From NCBI GenBank assembly GCA_001784175.1, contig MFPR01000001.1, positions 124,001 through 188,000 on the forward strand: a stretch of DNA of 64,000 nucleotides. Reading direction: 5' to 3'. Shown one piece after another: positions 37,305-47,942 of this stretch (the first letter of the stretch is position 1; the number at the start of each line of letters is the position of its first letter). The DNA is from Candidatus Lindowbacteria bacterium RIFCSPLOWO2_12_FULL_62_27 (GTDB lineage: Bacteria > Lindowbacteria > 2-12-FULL-62-27). The translations under genes were made by a program, and so were the position numbers. The notes under the pieces were generated by a model that saw only the letters and a program-made list of their open reading frames with translations, did no database searches and was not told the origin of the DNA.

Positions 37305-38214
37305 ACCTGACCCGCGGATCCAGCCACGCGTACGCGATGTCGACGAGGATGTTCATCGCGAGGATGAACACGGCGTAAAACAGGGCCGTGCCCATGACCA
37401 TCGTGTAGTCGCGGTTCAGCGCGCTCTGAACAAAAAAACGGCCCAGACCCGGAATGTCGAAAATCAGCTCGATCACCAATGACCCCGTCGCAATGCCGGC
37501 GATCGCCGGGCCCAAAAACGAAACCGTCGGCAATATCCCGCCCCGCAACGCGTGCCGCAAAATCACCACGCGCTCCGGCAGGCCCTTCGCGCGCGCCGTC
37601 CGGATGTAGTCCTGCCGCAGGACCTCCATCATGCCGCCGCGCGTCAGCCGCGCGATGTAGGCGGCGTAAATCGCGCCCAGCGTCAGCGCGGGCAGGATCC
37701 GGTCCTGCGCCGTCTCCCAGCCCGCCACGGGCAGCCAGCCGGTCGTGAGAGAAAAAACGAGGACCAAAAGCGGGCCGAGGACGAAGTTCGGCGTGCACAC
37801 GCCCACCATCGCGAGCGACATGACCCCGTGGTCCTTCCAGGTGGCGGGATAGAGCGCCGCGATGATTCCGGCGCCGATCCCCAGCGTCAGCGCGACGAGG
37901 ATCGCCCAGAACGCAAGTTCGAGCGAGACCGGAAAGGCCGCGGCGATGATTTCGTTGACGGTGCGATTGGCGTACTTGAACGAGGGCCCGAGGTCCAGCA
38001 CGAGGAGCGAGCCCATGTACCGGAGGTACTGCGCGCCGAGCGGCTCGTCGAGGTGATACTTGGCCTCGATATTTTTCAGAATATCCGGCGGCAGGCTCTT
38101 GTCCTGGTCAAAGGGCCCGCCCGGGGCGAGGCGGATCATGAAAAACGTGAGGGTCGCGACGATCCAGAGCACGGGGACCGCCCCGACAAGACGCTTCAGC
38201 GCGTATGCGGCCAC
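37297..38214 (-). CDS. oppB: oligopeptide ABC transporter permease
   Basis: APGGPF, DYIRTARAKGL, NRDY, LDPR. Confidence 0.93.
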   Translation of the reverse strand: MAAYALKRLVGAVPVLWIVATLTFFMIRLAPGGPFDQDKSLPPDILKNIEAKYHLDEPLGAQYLRYMGSLLVLDLGPSFKYANRTVNEIIAAAFPVSLELAFWAILVALTLGIGAGIIAALYPATWKDHGVMSLAMVGVCTPNFVLGPLLVLVFSLTTGWLPVAGWETAQDRILPALTLGAIYAAYIARLTRGGMMEVLRQDYIRTARAKGLPERVVILRHALRGGILPTVSFLGPAIAGIATGSLVIELIFDIPGLGRFFVQSALNRDYTMVMGTALFYAVFILAMNILVDIAYAWLDPRVRYD

Positions 38215-38222
38215 GGCCGGTC

Positions 38223-38807
38223 TCAGCCCAAGGCTTTCCGGATCAGCGCCTGGCCGGCCTCCGACAGCGGCAAATCCAGCGCGATCTTCCGGGCGCGCTC
38301 GCTCATCTTTCCCAGCGTGCCTTTCAGAATCCGCACGGTCTTGGGCTCGTCCCACTCGCTCAGGTAGGCGTGGAACTTCGTTTCAAGGAAGGTCAGGCAG
38401 TCCGCATCCTCCAGCGCCTGCGCCTCCGGGTCGGCCGGGAAGTTTTTCATGAAGATGAGCGCCTCGACCTTCGCGAGGACGTCGTCGCCAAAGCCCGCGT
38501 CTCTCAGAATGTCCGACGCCGCCTTCGCGTGAAACGCCTGCAGCGCTTTTCGCCATCTGTGATAGCCGGCCGTCGTTTTCGGATACGTGTCGCGCGGGAT
38601 CTCCCACCGGCGCAGCGCGTTGCACCGCGCGGCCAGCCGAAGCTCGGCCGACGCGGCCGGCGCCAGCTTCTCGATCCACCCGGACACCTTGATTGCGTGC
38701 AGATATTCCCGCGGGTGGCTTTGGCCGTCGAATTCGGCCGTGCGGGGGTCCCGGCGGTTTTCTTCGTCGAACCGGCGGATCGCCGATTCGAACGGGTCAG
38801 AACGCAT
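38223..38807 (-). CDS. DUF4202-like protein
   Basis: N..DP, RWEIPR..YP...GY..WR, QALEDADCL.FL, KMS. Confidence 0.75.
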   Translation of the reverse strand: MRSDPFESAIRRFDEENRRDPRTAEFDGQSHPREYLHAIKVSGWIEKLAPAASAELRLAARCNALRRWEIPRDTYPKTTAGYHRWRKALQAFHAKAASDILRDAGFGDDVLAKVEALIFMKNFPADPEAQALEDADCLTFLETKFHAYLSEWDEPKTVRILKGTLGKMSERARKIALDLPLSEAGQALIRKALG

Positions 38808-41043
38808 GTTTGGAGCGCGCGCCGCTTCTTTTGCCGCCTCCGAAAACATATTCGTGGTCCATGAGCCGATAATGGAGACCTGGATTGCGGTTCAGAAAAT
38901 CCTTCAGGTCCGACCCGCCGACCCGGTAGGCTTCGACCACGCCATGGCTGACGAAGCCGAGCTTGGACGGTTTCTGATTGAAGAGGCCGACGGCATCGCC
39001 CGCGAAATCTCCGGTGGAAAGCCGGCAGACGGTCTTCCTCGCCTGCAGCGCGTTCACCTGCCCGCGGCGGACAATGAAGGCGGCGGTCGGCACGGCGCCC
39101 GGGCGCTGCAAGTGGGTCCGCGGGCCGCAGTCCCACGGCTCGAGGATGTGTTCGAGCTGTGTCTTCTGCGTGGTCGACAGCCGTGAAAAAATCCGGCTCT
39201 CCGACAGGAGGTCCCACGATCCCGTGGACCGCACGCGGGCGAGGCGGATGAGGCGGGTGGCGACGGTCGTGCCCCGGATGAAGTGATGAAAATCATGTTC
39301 GGTCAGCGTCAGGAGCTGCACGTCGGTCTTCGCGTAGAGGCTGGACCTCCGAGCCTGCTTGAGCAGGATCGTGGTCTGGCCGAAATAATCGTACGCATCG
39401 TACACGATCGACCGGCCCTCGTACCGGAGCTCCACCTGGCCGGACATCACGATGTAAAATTTCTGCGGCTCGATTTCCCGCCGCTCGGCGAGGGAAACGG
39501 CGTCGCCCGACTTGTACGATTCGATCTTCGCCATCGCCAGAAATTCCTTGGCCTTCTCGATCGGGAAATCCGTAAAGAGGTCCACCCGCGACAGCGCGTC
39601 CAGCGTCTTCACCGCCTCCGTCCTATACGACGGCCGGACCGGCAGGGACATCGTGTTTTCGACGCCGCGGTCGGCGCGCCGGAGGCCGCTGGACGGCGGA
39701 ATGTCGCGCATGTCGGTGTGGAGGAGACGCAGGCGTTTTTTCACGTCGTCCGGGAGCTTCGCGAGAACCGACGCGGGCGTGTGCAGGGGCGGCACGCCGG
39801 CTTCGTGAAATATCATGTCGAAATGCCAGGGGAAGTCCAGCAGGCTGCTCATCCGGTCGCGGCTCATGACACCGGTCTCGTGCATTTTCTGGATCCGCTC
39901 CGGATCGTAGAGCGTGTCGGACGAATACACGAGACTGTTGCCTTCGAAAAATACCTGAAAGCCGATCGTCGGGATCGAATGCAGGGAATAATTGCACCAG
40001 ACCTCCGCGCCGCCGATCCGGTTCGGCCGGCCCAGCGACAGGGGATGAAAATCGAACAGGTCATAGAGATTGACGGCGGGCAGATCGGTCAGCGCGACGG
40101 CCTTGCGGATGAAGCTCTTGAAAATGGTCGGCGTCGTGTAGAGCGTGATTTTGGTTTCCTGAAAACATTTCTGCAAGACCCCGGCGTCATGGTCGGCGTG
40201 ACAGTGCGTCAGAAGCAGGCCCTGGATGTGCTTGGGATTGATGTTGAACGATTCCAGTACGCGCGTGCTGTTGGCCGGCGGATCGACCATGATCCCGCGG
40301 TGGTTCACCCAGAGCACAAACCCGGACGTCGGTTCGGTCGCATCGAACCCGTGCGACGCGCCCAGGCAGGTAACGCCGAACAGCGGCGGCTCGAAGGATT
40401 GCGGCGTGTCGGGCGGGGGTTCGATCTGCGGCGCGAGGAGCGATTCGGGAACCTCCGTCCTCCGGTCTCCGTCCCGGACCCCTACGGCGTTTTTCCCACG
40501 CCTCACGGTGACCGCATGCCCCTTGGCCACCGGCGTTTCGCCGTCGGGCCGCAACTCCACGAACGTGACGAGATCCTCCATCTGCATGAGGTCGCCGCCC
40601 TTGAAGGGGTTCCGCCGGAAATAGTCCATCTCGCGCTTCAGGTCCGGCAGGCCGAACGGGACCGTGTCGCGCGGATAGTCGGCGGTGAGGTCGATCGTTT
40701 CGGGCCCGAAGACCGACTCGCGCAGGACCTCCTCGGCGCGCGCGCGCTGGGATTTCTCGCAGACAATGACCGTCTTTCGTTTCAGCACGAAAAAATTGAA
40801 ATAGACCGGAAACTCAAGCTCCGCCAAACTCACGCCCCATTCCTCGCGGTAGAGCCGGGAGGGCAATATATATATGGAGGGGACGCTGAAATCGTAGCGC
40901 ATGCTGTCTTTGATCGTTTCCGGCGGGGAACCTATCTGAACCGGGCCGGCGCTGGTCATGACGACGGCGCCACCGCGCTTCAGCTGGATGATCTCTCCCA
41001 ATTTTCGAGCAAAGCCGCTGGCCGCCCCTTTCGAGTCCGACAT
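38797..41043 (-). CDS. metallo-beta-lactamase-fold cyclic-nucleotide phosphodiesterase with two cNMP-binding domains
   Basis: PPETIKD, SHGFD, THCHADHD, HSIP, HEAGVPPLHTP, then two CAP-like domains. Confidence 0.8.
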   Translation of the reverse strand: MSDSKGAASGFARKLGEIIQLKRGGAVVMTSAGPVQIGSPPETIKDSMRYDFSVPSIYILPSRLYREEWGVSLAELEFPVYFNFFVLKRKTVIVCEKSQRARAEEVLRESVFGPETIDLTADYPRDTVPFGLPDLKREMDYFRRNPFKGGDLMQMEDLVTFVELRPDGETPVAKGHAVTVRRGKNAVGVRDGDRRTEVPESLLAPQIEPPPDTPQSFEPPLFGVTCLGASHGFDATEPTSGFVLWVNHRGIMVDPPANSTRVLESFNINPKHIQGLLLTHCHADHDAGVLQKCFQETKITLYTTPTIFKSFIRKAVALTDLPAVNLYDLFDFHPLSLGRPNRIGGAEVWCNYSLHSIPTIGFQVFFEGNSLVYSSDTLYDPERIQKMHETGVMSRDRMSSLLDFPWHFDMIFHEAGVPPLHTPASVLAKLPDDVKKRLRLLHTDMRDIPPSSGLRRADRGVENTMSLPVRPSYRTEAVKTLDALSRVDLFTDFPIEKAKEFLAMAKIESYKSGDAVSLAERREIEPQKFYIVMSGQVELRYEGRSIVYDAYDYFGQTTILLKQARRSSLYAKTDVQLLTLTEHDFHHFIRGTTVATRLIRLARVRSTGSWDLLSESRIFSRLSTTQKTQLEHILEPWDCGPRTHLQRPGAVPTAAFIVRRGQVNALQARKTVCRLSTGDFAGDAVGLFNQKPSKLGFVSHGVVEAYRVGGSDLKDFLNRNPGLHYRLMDHEYVFGGGKRSGARSKHAF

Positions 41044-41088
41044 TGGGGGCACATTGCCATGATTCCGCGCAACATTCAACGCGAAAAT

Positions 41089-41691
41089 CTATTGAGAAAA
41101 TCTATTGAGATACGCCAACCGGCCGGCGGTCCGGCGGACCTGATCGAGGTTGGCCAGCATGAGGCTCGTCGAGTCCCACGTTCCCTCGAGAAACGCGCGC
41201 CGCACGACGTCTGACAGGCAAACAGGCACGCGTTTCGTGTGGTAGCTCAGCGTCCGGTCGGCCAGCGACAGGCGGAGGCCGAGGGCCGGCGTTTGGCGGA
41301 CCGCCGCCATCAAATCGGCGATCTCGGATTCGGAGGCTGTCACCGTCGGAACGCCCATCGCGGTGCAGTTGCCGGCGAAAATCTCGGCGAAGGACTCGCC
41401 CAGCACTGCGCGGATGCCCGACCGCATGAGCGCCTGGGGCGCGTGCTCGCGGGAGGAGCCACAGCCGAAATTCTTGTTCACGATCAGGAGGCTCGCGCCC
41501 TGGAACCGGGGATCGTTGAACGGATGCGGTTTGGCGGCGCCGCGCTCGTCGAAGCGCTGATCGTAGAAAGCGTACCGGCCCATGTTCGCGAACGTGATCT
41601 CCTTCATGAACCGCGCCGGGATGATCCGGTCGGTGTCGATGTCGTTGCCCTCGACACAAATTCCGGTTCCGGCGAGCTCTGTGATCTTCAT
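41089..41691 (-). CDS. leuD: 3-isopropylmalate dehydratase small subunit
   Basis: IDTDRIIPARF, NFGCGSSREHA. Confidence 0.97.
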   Translation of the reverse strand: MKITELAGTGICVEGNDIDTDRIIPARFMKEITFANMGRYAFYDQRFDERGAAKPHPFNDPRFQGASLLIVNKNFGCGSSREHAPQALMRSGIRAVLGESFAEIFAGNCTAMGVPTVTASESEIADLMAAVRQTPALGLRLSLADRTLSYHTKRVPVCLSDVVRRAFLEGTWDSTSLMLANLDQVRRTAGRLAYLNRFSQ

Positions 41692-41694
41692 CCG

Positions 41695-43101
41695 TCACAC
41701 CACATATTTCCGGGCGTCCGCCAGTTTCCCTTCGATGGCGGCGGCGGCGACCATCACCGGACTCATCAAGATCGTCCGGCCCTGCGGGCTGCCCTGACGG
41801 CCGATGAAGTTTCGGTTGGAGGACGAGGCGCACAGTTCCCGGCCTTTGAGTTTGTCAGGATTCATGCCGAGACACATGGAACAGCCGGCGCCGCGCCATT
41901 CGAATCCGGCGTTCGTGAAAATCCGGTCCAGCCCCTCCGCTTCTGCTGCGCGCTTGACGCGCTCGGACCCCGGCACGACCAGCGCCCGGACGGAGGGCGC
42001 GACATGCCGGCCTTTCACGACCGACGCGGCCTCGCGAAGATCCGAGAGACGCGAGTTGGTGCAAGAGCCGATGAAAGCGACGTCGATCGGCAGGCCCTCC
42101 AGGCGCGCGCCGGCCTCCAGGCCCATGTGTTTCAGCGCCTGCGCGGCCGTCGCGCGTTCCGCCTCCGGCAGGCGCGCCGGGTCGGGAACGCGTTCGGTGA
42201 TTCCGACCGCCTGGCCCGGCGTGATGCCCCACGTGACGTGCGGCTCGATCTCGGACGCGTCAAGCTCGACCCCGTCGTCGTAGGCCGCGTCCCGGTCGGA
42301 GGCGACGGAGGTCCAGAAGGCCACGGCGCGGTCAAAGGCCGCGCCTGACGGAGAATACTCCCTCCCCCGGATGTAATTGAAGGTTGTTTCGTCCGGGTTC
42401 ACGTAGCCGATCCGCGCGCCGCCCTCGATGCTCATGTTGCAGATCGACATCCGCTCCTCCATCGTCATCCGCTCGACGCAGGGCCCGCCGTACTCGTAGG
42501 CGTACCCGATCCCGCCGTTCACGCCCAGCTTGCGGATGATCGCGAGGATCACGTCTTTCGAGTAGACCCCCCGAGGTAGTGCTCCGGTCACCTCGATCCG
42601 CCGGACCTTGAGGGGCGTCATCGCCAGGCACTGGGTCGCCAGCACGTCCTTGATCTGGCTGGTGCCGACGCCGAACGCGAGGGAGCCGAAGGCGCCGTGG
42701 GTGCTGGTGTGGCTGTCGCCGCAGGCGATGGTCATCCCGGGCTGGGTCAGCCCGGTCTCCGGCCCGATCACGTGCACGATCCCCTGCCGGCCGTCGCCCA
42801 AACCGAAAAAGGCAATCCCGAATTCCCGGGCGTTGCGCTCCAGCGCCGACATCATCTCCTCCGCCTGCCCATCCGCAAATGGCCGCGTCCGCGCATCGGT
42901 CGGCACGATGTGGTCGACCGTCGCGTAGGTCCGGCCCGGAAAGGCAACGGCGAGGCCCTGCTCGCGGAGCATGTCGAACGCCTGCGGGCTGGTCACCTCG
43001 TGGACAAGGTGCAGCCCGATCAAGAGCTGGGTCTGCCCGGTCGGCAACTGCGCGACCGCATGGGATTCCCAGACTTTTTGAAAGAGATTCCGCCCGGCCA
43101 T
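41695..43101 (-). CDS. leuC: 3-isopropylmalate dehydratase large subunit
   Basis: [35 protein letters not shown]. Confidence 0.98.
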   Translation of the reverse strand: MAGRNLFQKVWESHAVAQLPTGQTQLLIGLHLVHEVTSPQAFDMLREQGLAVAFPGRTYATVDHIVPTDARTRPFADGQAEEMMSALERNAREFGIAFFGLGDGRQGIVHVIGPETGLTQPGMTIACGDSHTSTHGAFGSLAFGVGTSQIKDVLATQCLAMTPLKVRRIEVTGALPRGVYSKDVILAIIRKLGVNGGIGYAYEYGGPCVERMTMEERMSICNMSIEGGARIGYVNPDETTFNYIRGREYSPSGAAFDRAVAFWTSVASDRDAAYDDGVELDASEIEPHVTWGITPGQAVGITERVPDPARLPEAERATAAQALKHMGLEAGARLEGLPIDVAFIGSCTNSRLSDLREAASVVKGRHVAPSVRALVVPGSERVKRAAEAEGLDRIFTNAGFEWRGAGCSMCLGMNPDKLKGRELCASSSNRNFIGRQGSPQGRTILMSPVMVAAAAIEGKLADARKYVV

Positions 43102-43269
43102 TCCGTCCTCTTTTCGTGAAAAAATACTTGGCTTCTGCGCGGGATTTTAGAACACATCACCCGTTGGCGCAAGGTCGGTCAGTGTGGTGTACGGAATTAG
43201 GCCTGTATCTTATCGCGAATGTTGATCAGCGCAGTATCTACCCCGAATCCGGATCCGGTTCCTCCTTGC

Positions 43270-44901
43270 TCACTGCGCCGCGCCCAGCCACATGTGTTTG
43301 TACAGCCGCACATCCATCACGTTCAGGACCCAGCCCCCAACTTCCGGCCGCTTTAGAAAAGGATGCGTGTAGATGTACCAAGGCATGATCGGCGCCTCCT
43401 CCGCGAGAATCTCCTCGCACCGCTGAAAATACCGGTACCGCTCTTCCTGAGTCGCCGCCTGCGACGCCTTCCGCACCAGATCGTCATATTCGGCGTTGCT
43501 CCACCCGGTGTGGTTGTTCCCACCGTTGGTCACGTACATGTCGAGAAACGTGTTGGGATCGGGATAATCGCCCCACCATCCGGCCCGGCCGATGTCGTAG
43601 TCCAGTTTTCGTTTTGTGTCCAGAAATACTTTCCATTCCTGATTGTACAGCCCGACCTCGATCCCGAGTTCCCTCTTCCACATCTGCTGCAGCGTCTCCG
43701 CGACCTTTCGGTGACCCTCCATCGTGTTGTACAGAATGTCGAGCTTCGGAAAGCCCTTCCCGCCCGGATAGCCGGCCGCGGCAAGCAGCCGGCGCGCCTC
43801 CTCCGTATCATATCGCAGGCCTGCGCTCGGCGTGAACCCCGCCGTCGCCGGTGGCGTGAACGCGTACGCCGGCATCTGCCCGCCCCGCAGCACCTTCTCC
43901 ACCAGCGCGGTCCGGTCAATGGACATCGCCAGCGCCCGGCGGACCCGCTTGTCCTTCTGCGGGCCGCGCGTCACGTTGAGTTCGTAGTAGTACGTCCCGA
44001 AACTCGGAAACGCGCTGTAGACGTCCGTCTGCTCCCGCCAGTAGGGGATGCGCTCGAGCGGCACCGTGTTCGTCACGTGAATCTTGCCCGCGCGAAACTG
44101 CTTCTCCTCCGTCGCTTCGTCTTCGATCGGATAAAACCGGATTTCATCCAGCTTGACAACCGCCGCGTCCCAGTACGTCGGGCTGCGCTCGACGGCAATC
44201 ACCGAGTTCATTTCCCATTCCTTCAGCTTGAAGGGCCCGTTGCCCACGTAATTCTCAGGCCGCGTCCACCGCGTGCCGTGCGCCTCGACCGCACGCCGGT
44301 GTACGGGATAGAGCGCGTGGTGGTTCAACAGCGACAGGAAAAACGGCGTGGGGGACTCCAGCTCAACCACCAGCGTGTGCGAGTCCGGCGCGGACAGTCC
44401 GAGCGCGGCCGGGTCCTTGAGTTTCCCCTCGTTGTACGCTCTGCCGTTCTTGATGTAGTGCGCCTGATACGCGTATTCGGCGGCGGTGGCGGGCGCCAGC
44501 AGCCGCGTCCAAGAATAGACAAAATCATCCGCCGTGACCGGATCGCCGTTCGACCACCGCGCGACCTTTCGGAGGTGAAAGGTATAGGTCCGCCGGTCCT
44601 TGCTGACCTCCCAGCCCTCGGCCGCCGCCGGGATCGGCTGAAGCGTGGCCGGGTCCAGGCCGGTCAGGCCCTCGAGGAGTGCCTGCAAAATGTGAAACTC
44701 CAGCATCCCGGTCACGATCGCCGGGTCCAGGTCCTTGGGCTCCGCGCCGTTGCCGAGGTGCAGGACCGGCCGGGCCGGCCCGCCGGCCGGCGCGCGGCCG
44801 CCGCAGGCGGCCCAGACCAGGGCGAGGGCCGCCAGGCAACAGCATGCCATAGATATTTGACTGCTACGTATTGATATACAATATGAGTATATCCTTCGCA
44901 T
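43270..44901 (-). CDS. oppA: peptide ABC transporter substrate-binding lipoprotein; start uncertain
   Basis: lipobox-like WAAC, EPKDLDP, WSNGDPVTADDF, NGPFKL, DYPDP. Confidence 0.9.
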   Translation of the reverse strand: MRRIYSYCISIRSSQISMACCCLAALALVWAACGGRAPAGGPARPVLHLGNGAEPKDLDPAIVTGMLEFHILQALLEGLTGLDPATLQPIPAAAEGWEVSKDRRTYTFHLRKVARWSNGDPVTADDFVYSWTRLLAPATAAEYAYQAHYIKNGRAYNEGKLKDPAALGLSAPDSHTLVVELESPTPFFLSLLNHHALYPVHRRAVEAHGTRWTRPENYVGNGPFKLKEWEMNSVIAVERSPTYWDAAVVKLDEIRFYPIEDEATEEKQFRAGKIHVTNTVPLERIPYWREQTDVYSAFPSFGTYYYELNVTRGPQKDKRVRRALAMSIDRTALVEKVLRGGQMPAYAFTPPATAGFTPSAGLRYDTEEARRLLAAAGYPGGKGFPKLDILYNTMEGHRKVAETLQQMWKRELGIEVGLYNQEWKVFLDTKRKLDYDIGRAGWWGDYPDPNTFLDMYVTNGGNNHTGWSNAEYDDLVRKASQAATQEERYRYFQRCEEILAEEAPIMPWYIYTHPFLKRPEVGGWVLNVMDVRLYKHMWLGAAQ

Positions 44902-44923
44902 TGGATTCTTATCTATTGATTTT

Positions 44924-46960
44924 CTATTTATTATCACCGTCCGGGACGCCCAGGTCCCGCAAAAACGCCCCGATCTCCGGCCGCCGGCCCAGAAACGACT
45001 GCACCAGCTCGTCCGGAGGACGCGAGCCGCCCTTCGACAGCACCTGCTCCCGCAGGCGACGGCCCGGAACCGGACTCAACAGGCCCCCGCCGTCCCGGAA
45101 CGCCTCGTACATGTCCGCCGCGATCATCTTCGACCACATGTATCCGTAATACCCGGCGGCGTAGCCCATCAGGTGGTCAAATCCGGCCGGACCGCACGTG
45201 CCGGGGATCTCGCCCATCTTTTCGATCTCACGCTTGAGGTCGAACCAGAGCTGGACAAGGTCGGGGACCTTCTGGTTCGGCGCCAGCATGTGCAGGGTGA
45301 GGTCAAAGATGCCGTAGAAGAGCTGGCGCTGCGTTTCGACGCCCGACGTCACGTTCCGCGACTGCACGATCCGCTCGACCAGGTCCGCCGGAATCGTGTC
45401 GCCGGTCTTGTAGTGCTTGGCGAACGTCGAAAGCACGGCGGTGTCCTGCAGCCACTTCTCGAACATCTGCGACGGCGCCTCCACAAAGTCCCGCATCACG
45501 CGGGTGCCGGAGACCGACGCGAAGGCCGTCGTCGACAGGATGCCGTGCAGGAGGTGGCCGAACTCGTGGAAGAAGGTCTCGACCTCGTCGAGCGACAGAA
45601 GCGACGGGCGGCCGGGCGCGGGTTTGGGAAAGTTCGTCACGATGGCCGACGCGGGAAGCTGAACGCGGCCGTCCGGAAAAATCTTGTGCGGCCGCAGGCC
45701 CCAGGCGGCGGCGTGCGTGTATTTGTTCGGCCGCGGATAGAGGTCCATGTAGAACTCGCCGATTTTTTCGCCCGCGGAGAAGACATCGTACCGCACCACC
45801 TCCTCGTGCCACGCTTCGCGCCCGCCAGCCACGCGCTTGAAATCGAGTTCGTAGATTTTCTGCGAGATCGACAGGAGCGCGCCGATCACCAGATCGGTCT
45901 GGAAATATTCCTTCACCTGCTGCGGATCGTAGTCGTATTTGCGGCGCGTCAGAATCTTGCTGTAAAAATTCCGGTCCCATTGCTCAAACGTCGCGGCTGT
46001 GTCGCCCGTCTCCTCGCGCTTCAGCGCCGTCAACTCGGCCATCTCGCCCGCGGCCTTGCGGTCCACCCGCCGGCGCACGTCCTCCAGAAAGACCCGCGCC
46101 GCGGCGGCGGTCTTGGCCATCCGCCGCGAGATGATCGAGTCGGCGTAGCTCTTCCGGCCCAAAAGTTTCGTCCGCTCCTGGCGCATCCGGATGATTTTTT
46201 CCAGGAGCGCCAGATTCTTATCGCTCGCGCGCTTCAGGTATCTGGCTCGAAGCTCTTTCCGGACGGACTCGTCCCGGCCGTAGTCCATGTACGGCAGAAA
46301 GACGGGATAATCGAGCGTCAGAACGTACTTGCCCTCCGGCGTCCGCTCCAGACGCTCGATGTAGTCGCTGTCCATTCCCGCGAGCTGATCCGCCGTCACC
46401 GGCAACGAGTCCCGGTAGGCGCGCAGGTTGCTTGAAAAATCGATGGCGAGGTCGGACAGCTCCTTCGACAGCTCCTTGAACCGCTCGCGCTTCTTGTCCG
46501 GCAGCGCCACGCCGCCGTCCTCGAAGTCCTTCAGCGTTTCGTCCAGAAGATACTGATCCTCCCCGCTGAGCGGCGGCTTGCGGGCCGCCAGCGCTTTGAC
46601 CGCAAGATACAATGCCCGGGAGCTGCCCACATCCACCAGAAATTTTGACGCGACCTTGTCGATCTCCTCGCCGGCCGCGCGGACAAAGGGGTCCGGATGG
46701 ACGTAGGCGTAAAAGCCGGGCCAGTTCACGGCTTCCTCCATCCGATTGTAAAAGTCATCCAGGGATTCCATCGTGTTTTGAAACGTCCGGTCGGCGGGAG
46801 CAATCGCCACGATCGCCTCCAGTTGGCGGTACGCGGTCCCCAACTCCGTCATGAAGGCGTCCACCATCGTTCGGACCGTGTCCCGGTCCTCCGCGCGAAC
46901 CTCGACCCCGTTCGCCTTCGCGACCTCCTCAAGGTCCGGCCCCGGAAACGAGTCCGGCAT
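44924..46960 (-). CDS. M3 family oligopeptidase; start uncertain
   Basis: DLYPRPNK, FHEFGHLLH, DFVEAPSQ, GYAAGYYGYMWS. Confidence 0.92.
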   Translation of the reverse strand: MPDSFPGPDLEEVAKANGVEVRAEDRDTVRTMVDAFMTELGTAYRQLEAIVAIAPADRTFQNTMESLDDFYNRMEEAVNWPGFYAYVHPDPFVRAAGEEIDKVASKFLVDVGSSRALYLAVKALAARKPPLSGEDQYLLDETLKDFEDGGVALPDKKRERFKELSKELSDLAIDFSSNLRAYRDSLPVTADQLAGMDSDYIERLERTPEGKYVLTLDYPVFLPYMDYGRDESVRKELRARYLKRASDKNLALLEKIIRMRQERTKLLGRKSYADSIISRRMAKTAAAARVFLEDVRRRVDRKAAGEMAELTALKREETGDTAATFEQWDRNFYSKILTRRKYDYDPQQVKEYFQTDLVIGALLSISQKIYELDFKRVAGGREAWHEEVVRYDVFSAGEKIGEFYMDLYPRPNKYTHAAAWGLRPHKIFPDGRVQLPASAIVTNFPKPAPGRPSLLSLDEVETFFHEFGHLLHGILSTTAFASVSGTRVMRDFVEAPSQMFEKWLQDTAVLSTFAKHYKTGDTIPADLVERIVQSRNVTSGVETQRQLFYGIFDLTLHMLAPNQKVPDLVQLWFDLKREIEKMGEIPGTCGPAGFDHLMGYAAGYYGYMWSKMIAADMYEAFRDGGGLLSPVPGRRLREQVLSKGGSRPPDELVQSFLGRRPEIGAFLRDLGVPDGDNK

Positions 46961-46978
46961 CGCAACGTCCAGACGCCT

Positions 46979-47016
46979 CTCCCCCTCCCCCCTTGTGGGG
47001 GAGGCCGGGTGGGGGG
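46979..47016. repeat. REP-like palindromic element, copy 1
   Basis: CTCCCCCTCCCCCTTGTGGGGGAGGCCGGGTGGGGGG; related copy at about 51437. Confidence 0.55.
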
Positions 47017-47090
47017 ACGACTTTCCTTCAGTTCGCATGGACGAAAACAGTATCACGCATGTGGAAAGAAGTAGAATCGGAACGCAGCGC

Positions 47091-47474
47091 TTATTGCTCA
47101 GGCGCCGGGGCCTCCGGAGCGGCCGGCGTCGGAATGCCGGCCGGATTGTCCACGCCGCCGGGCGTCGCCGGCGCCTCTTTCGGCGCCGTCTGCTCTTTGA
47201 TCTGCCGCTGAAAGACCGCCTCCTCGCGCTTGATCAGAGACCGCTGGCGTTCGACGACAAAGGAGATCAGCAGGCACGTCGAAAAAAATACGATCGCCGC
47301 CACCGCCGTCGCCTTCCCCAGCGCCGGCAGCGTCCCGCTGCCGAACACCGTCTGGGACGCGCCTCCGCCGAACATGCTCCCGATGTTCGCCTGTTGGGAC
47401 GCCTGCAGAAGCACGACGCCGATGATGAACAGACAGACCACCACGTGGATCACCAGCATTGCGGTTAATATCAT
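47091..47474 (-). CDS. secG: preprotein translocase subunit SecG
   Basis: VVLLQ...FGGGASQTVFGS...KAT. Confidence 0.93.
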   Translation of the reverse strand: MILTAMLVIHVVVCLFIIGVVLLQASQQANIGSMFGGGASQTVFGSGTLPALGKATAVAAIVFFSTCLLISFVVERQRSLIKREEAVFQRQIKEQTAPKEAPATPGGVDNPAGIPTPAAPEAPAPEQ

Positions 47475-47513
47475 AGGGTGTTTTTTAGCCTATTCCCTCT
47501 CTAAAAACAAGCC

Positions 47514-47921
47514 TCATCTCCCCTGCCGTCTCAGGACGTCCATCTCGGCCTTCAGGCTCTCGATCTCCTGCGCCTGTTCCTTGATCGCATTGAGCATGGC
47601 AAAAAGAATCGGCCCGTGGTCGAGCGTCAGATACCCCTTGCCGCCCTGAACGGCCTCAGGAATCACCGCCTGGACCTCCTGCGCGATGAGACCGACATGC
47701 TCCCCGCTGTCGCGGATGCCCGCCGGGTTGTTTTTCTTGTACCGGTACCGCACGGGCGTAAGCTGTCGGAGTTCCGCCAAGCCCGCGTCAAATACGCCTT
47801 CGACATTCTTGAGCCGGCCATCCGAAACCGTCGACCCCCCGGCGCGCGATCCGGCCCGCGCCGCAGCCCAACAGGCAAAGGGCAGCATCAAACACACGCA
47901 GATCAGAATTGTCTTTTTCAT
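47514..47921 (-). CDS. secreted stand-alone Peptidase_S74 (tail-fibre intramolecular chaperone) domain protein
   Basis: signal peptide, then SDGRLKN, PVRYRYK, GLIAQEV..VIPEAV, AIKE coiled coil. Confidence 0.8.
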   Translation of the reverse strand: MKKTILICVCLMLPFACWAAARAGSRAGGSTVSDGRLKNVEGVFDAGLAELRQLTPVRYRYKKNNPAGIRDSGEHVGLIAQEVQAVIPEAVQGGKGYLTLDHGPILFAMLNAIKEQAQEIESLKAEMDVLRRQGR

Positions 47922-47942
47922 AGAGTCAACCCTCCTTTGAAA

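Noticed and set aside
41083-41108. 13-bp tandem duplication at the leuD 3' end
   Set aside because: Likely local slippage; it only affects the last few codons.
44850-44935. AT-rich patch between oppA and the M3 peptidase gene
   Set aside because: Explained as promoter or signal-peptide region; no repeats or RNA structure recognised.
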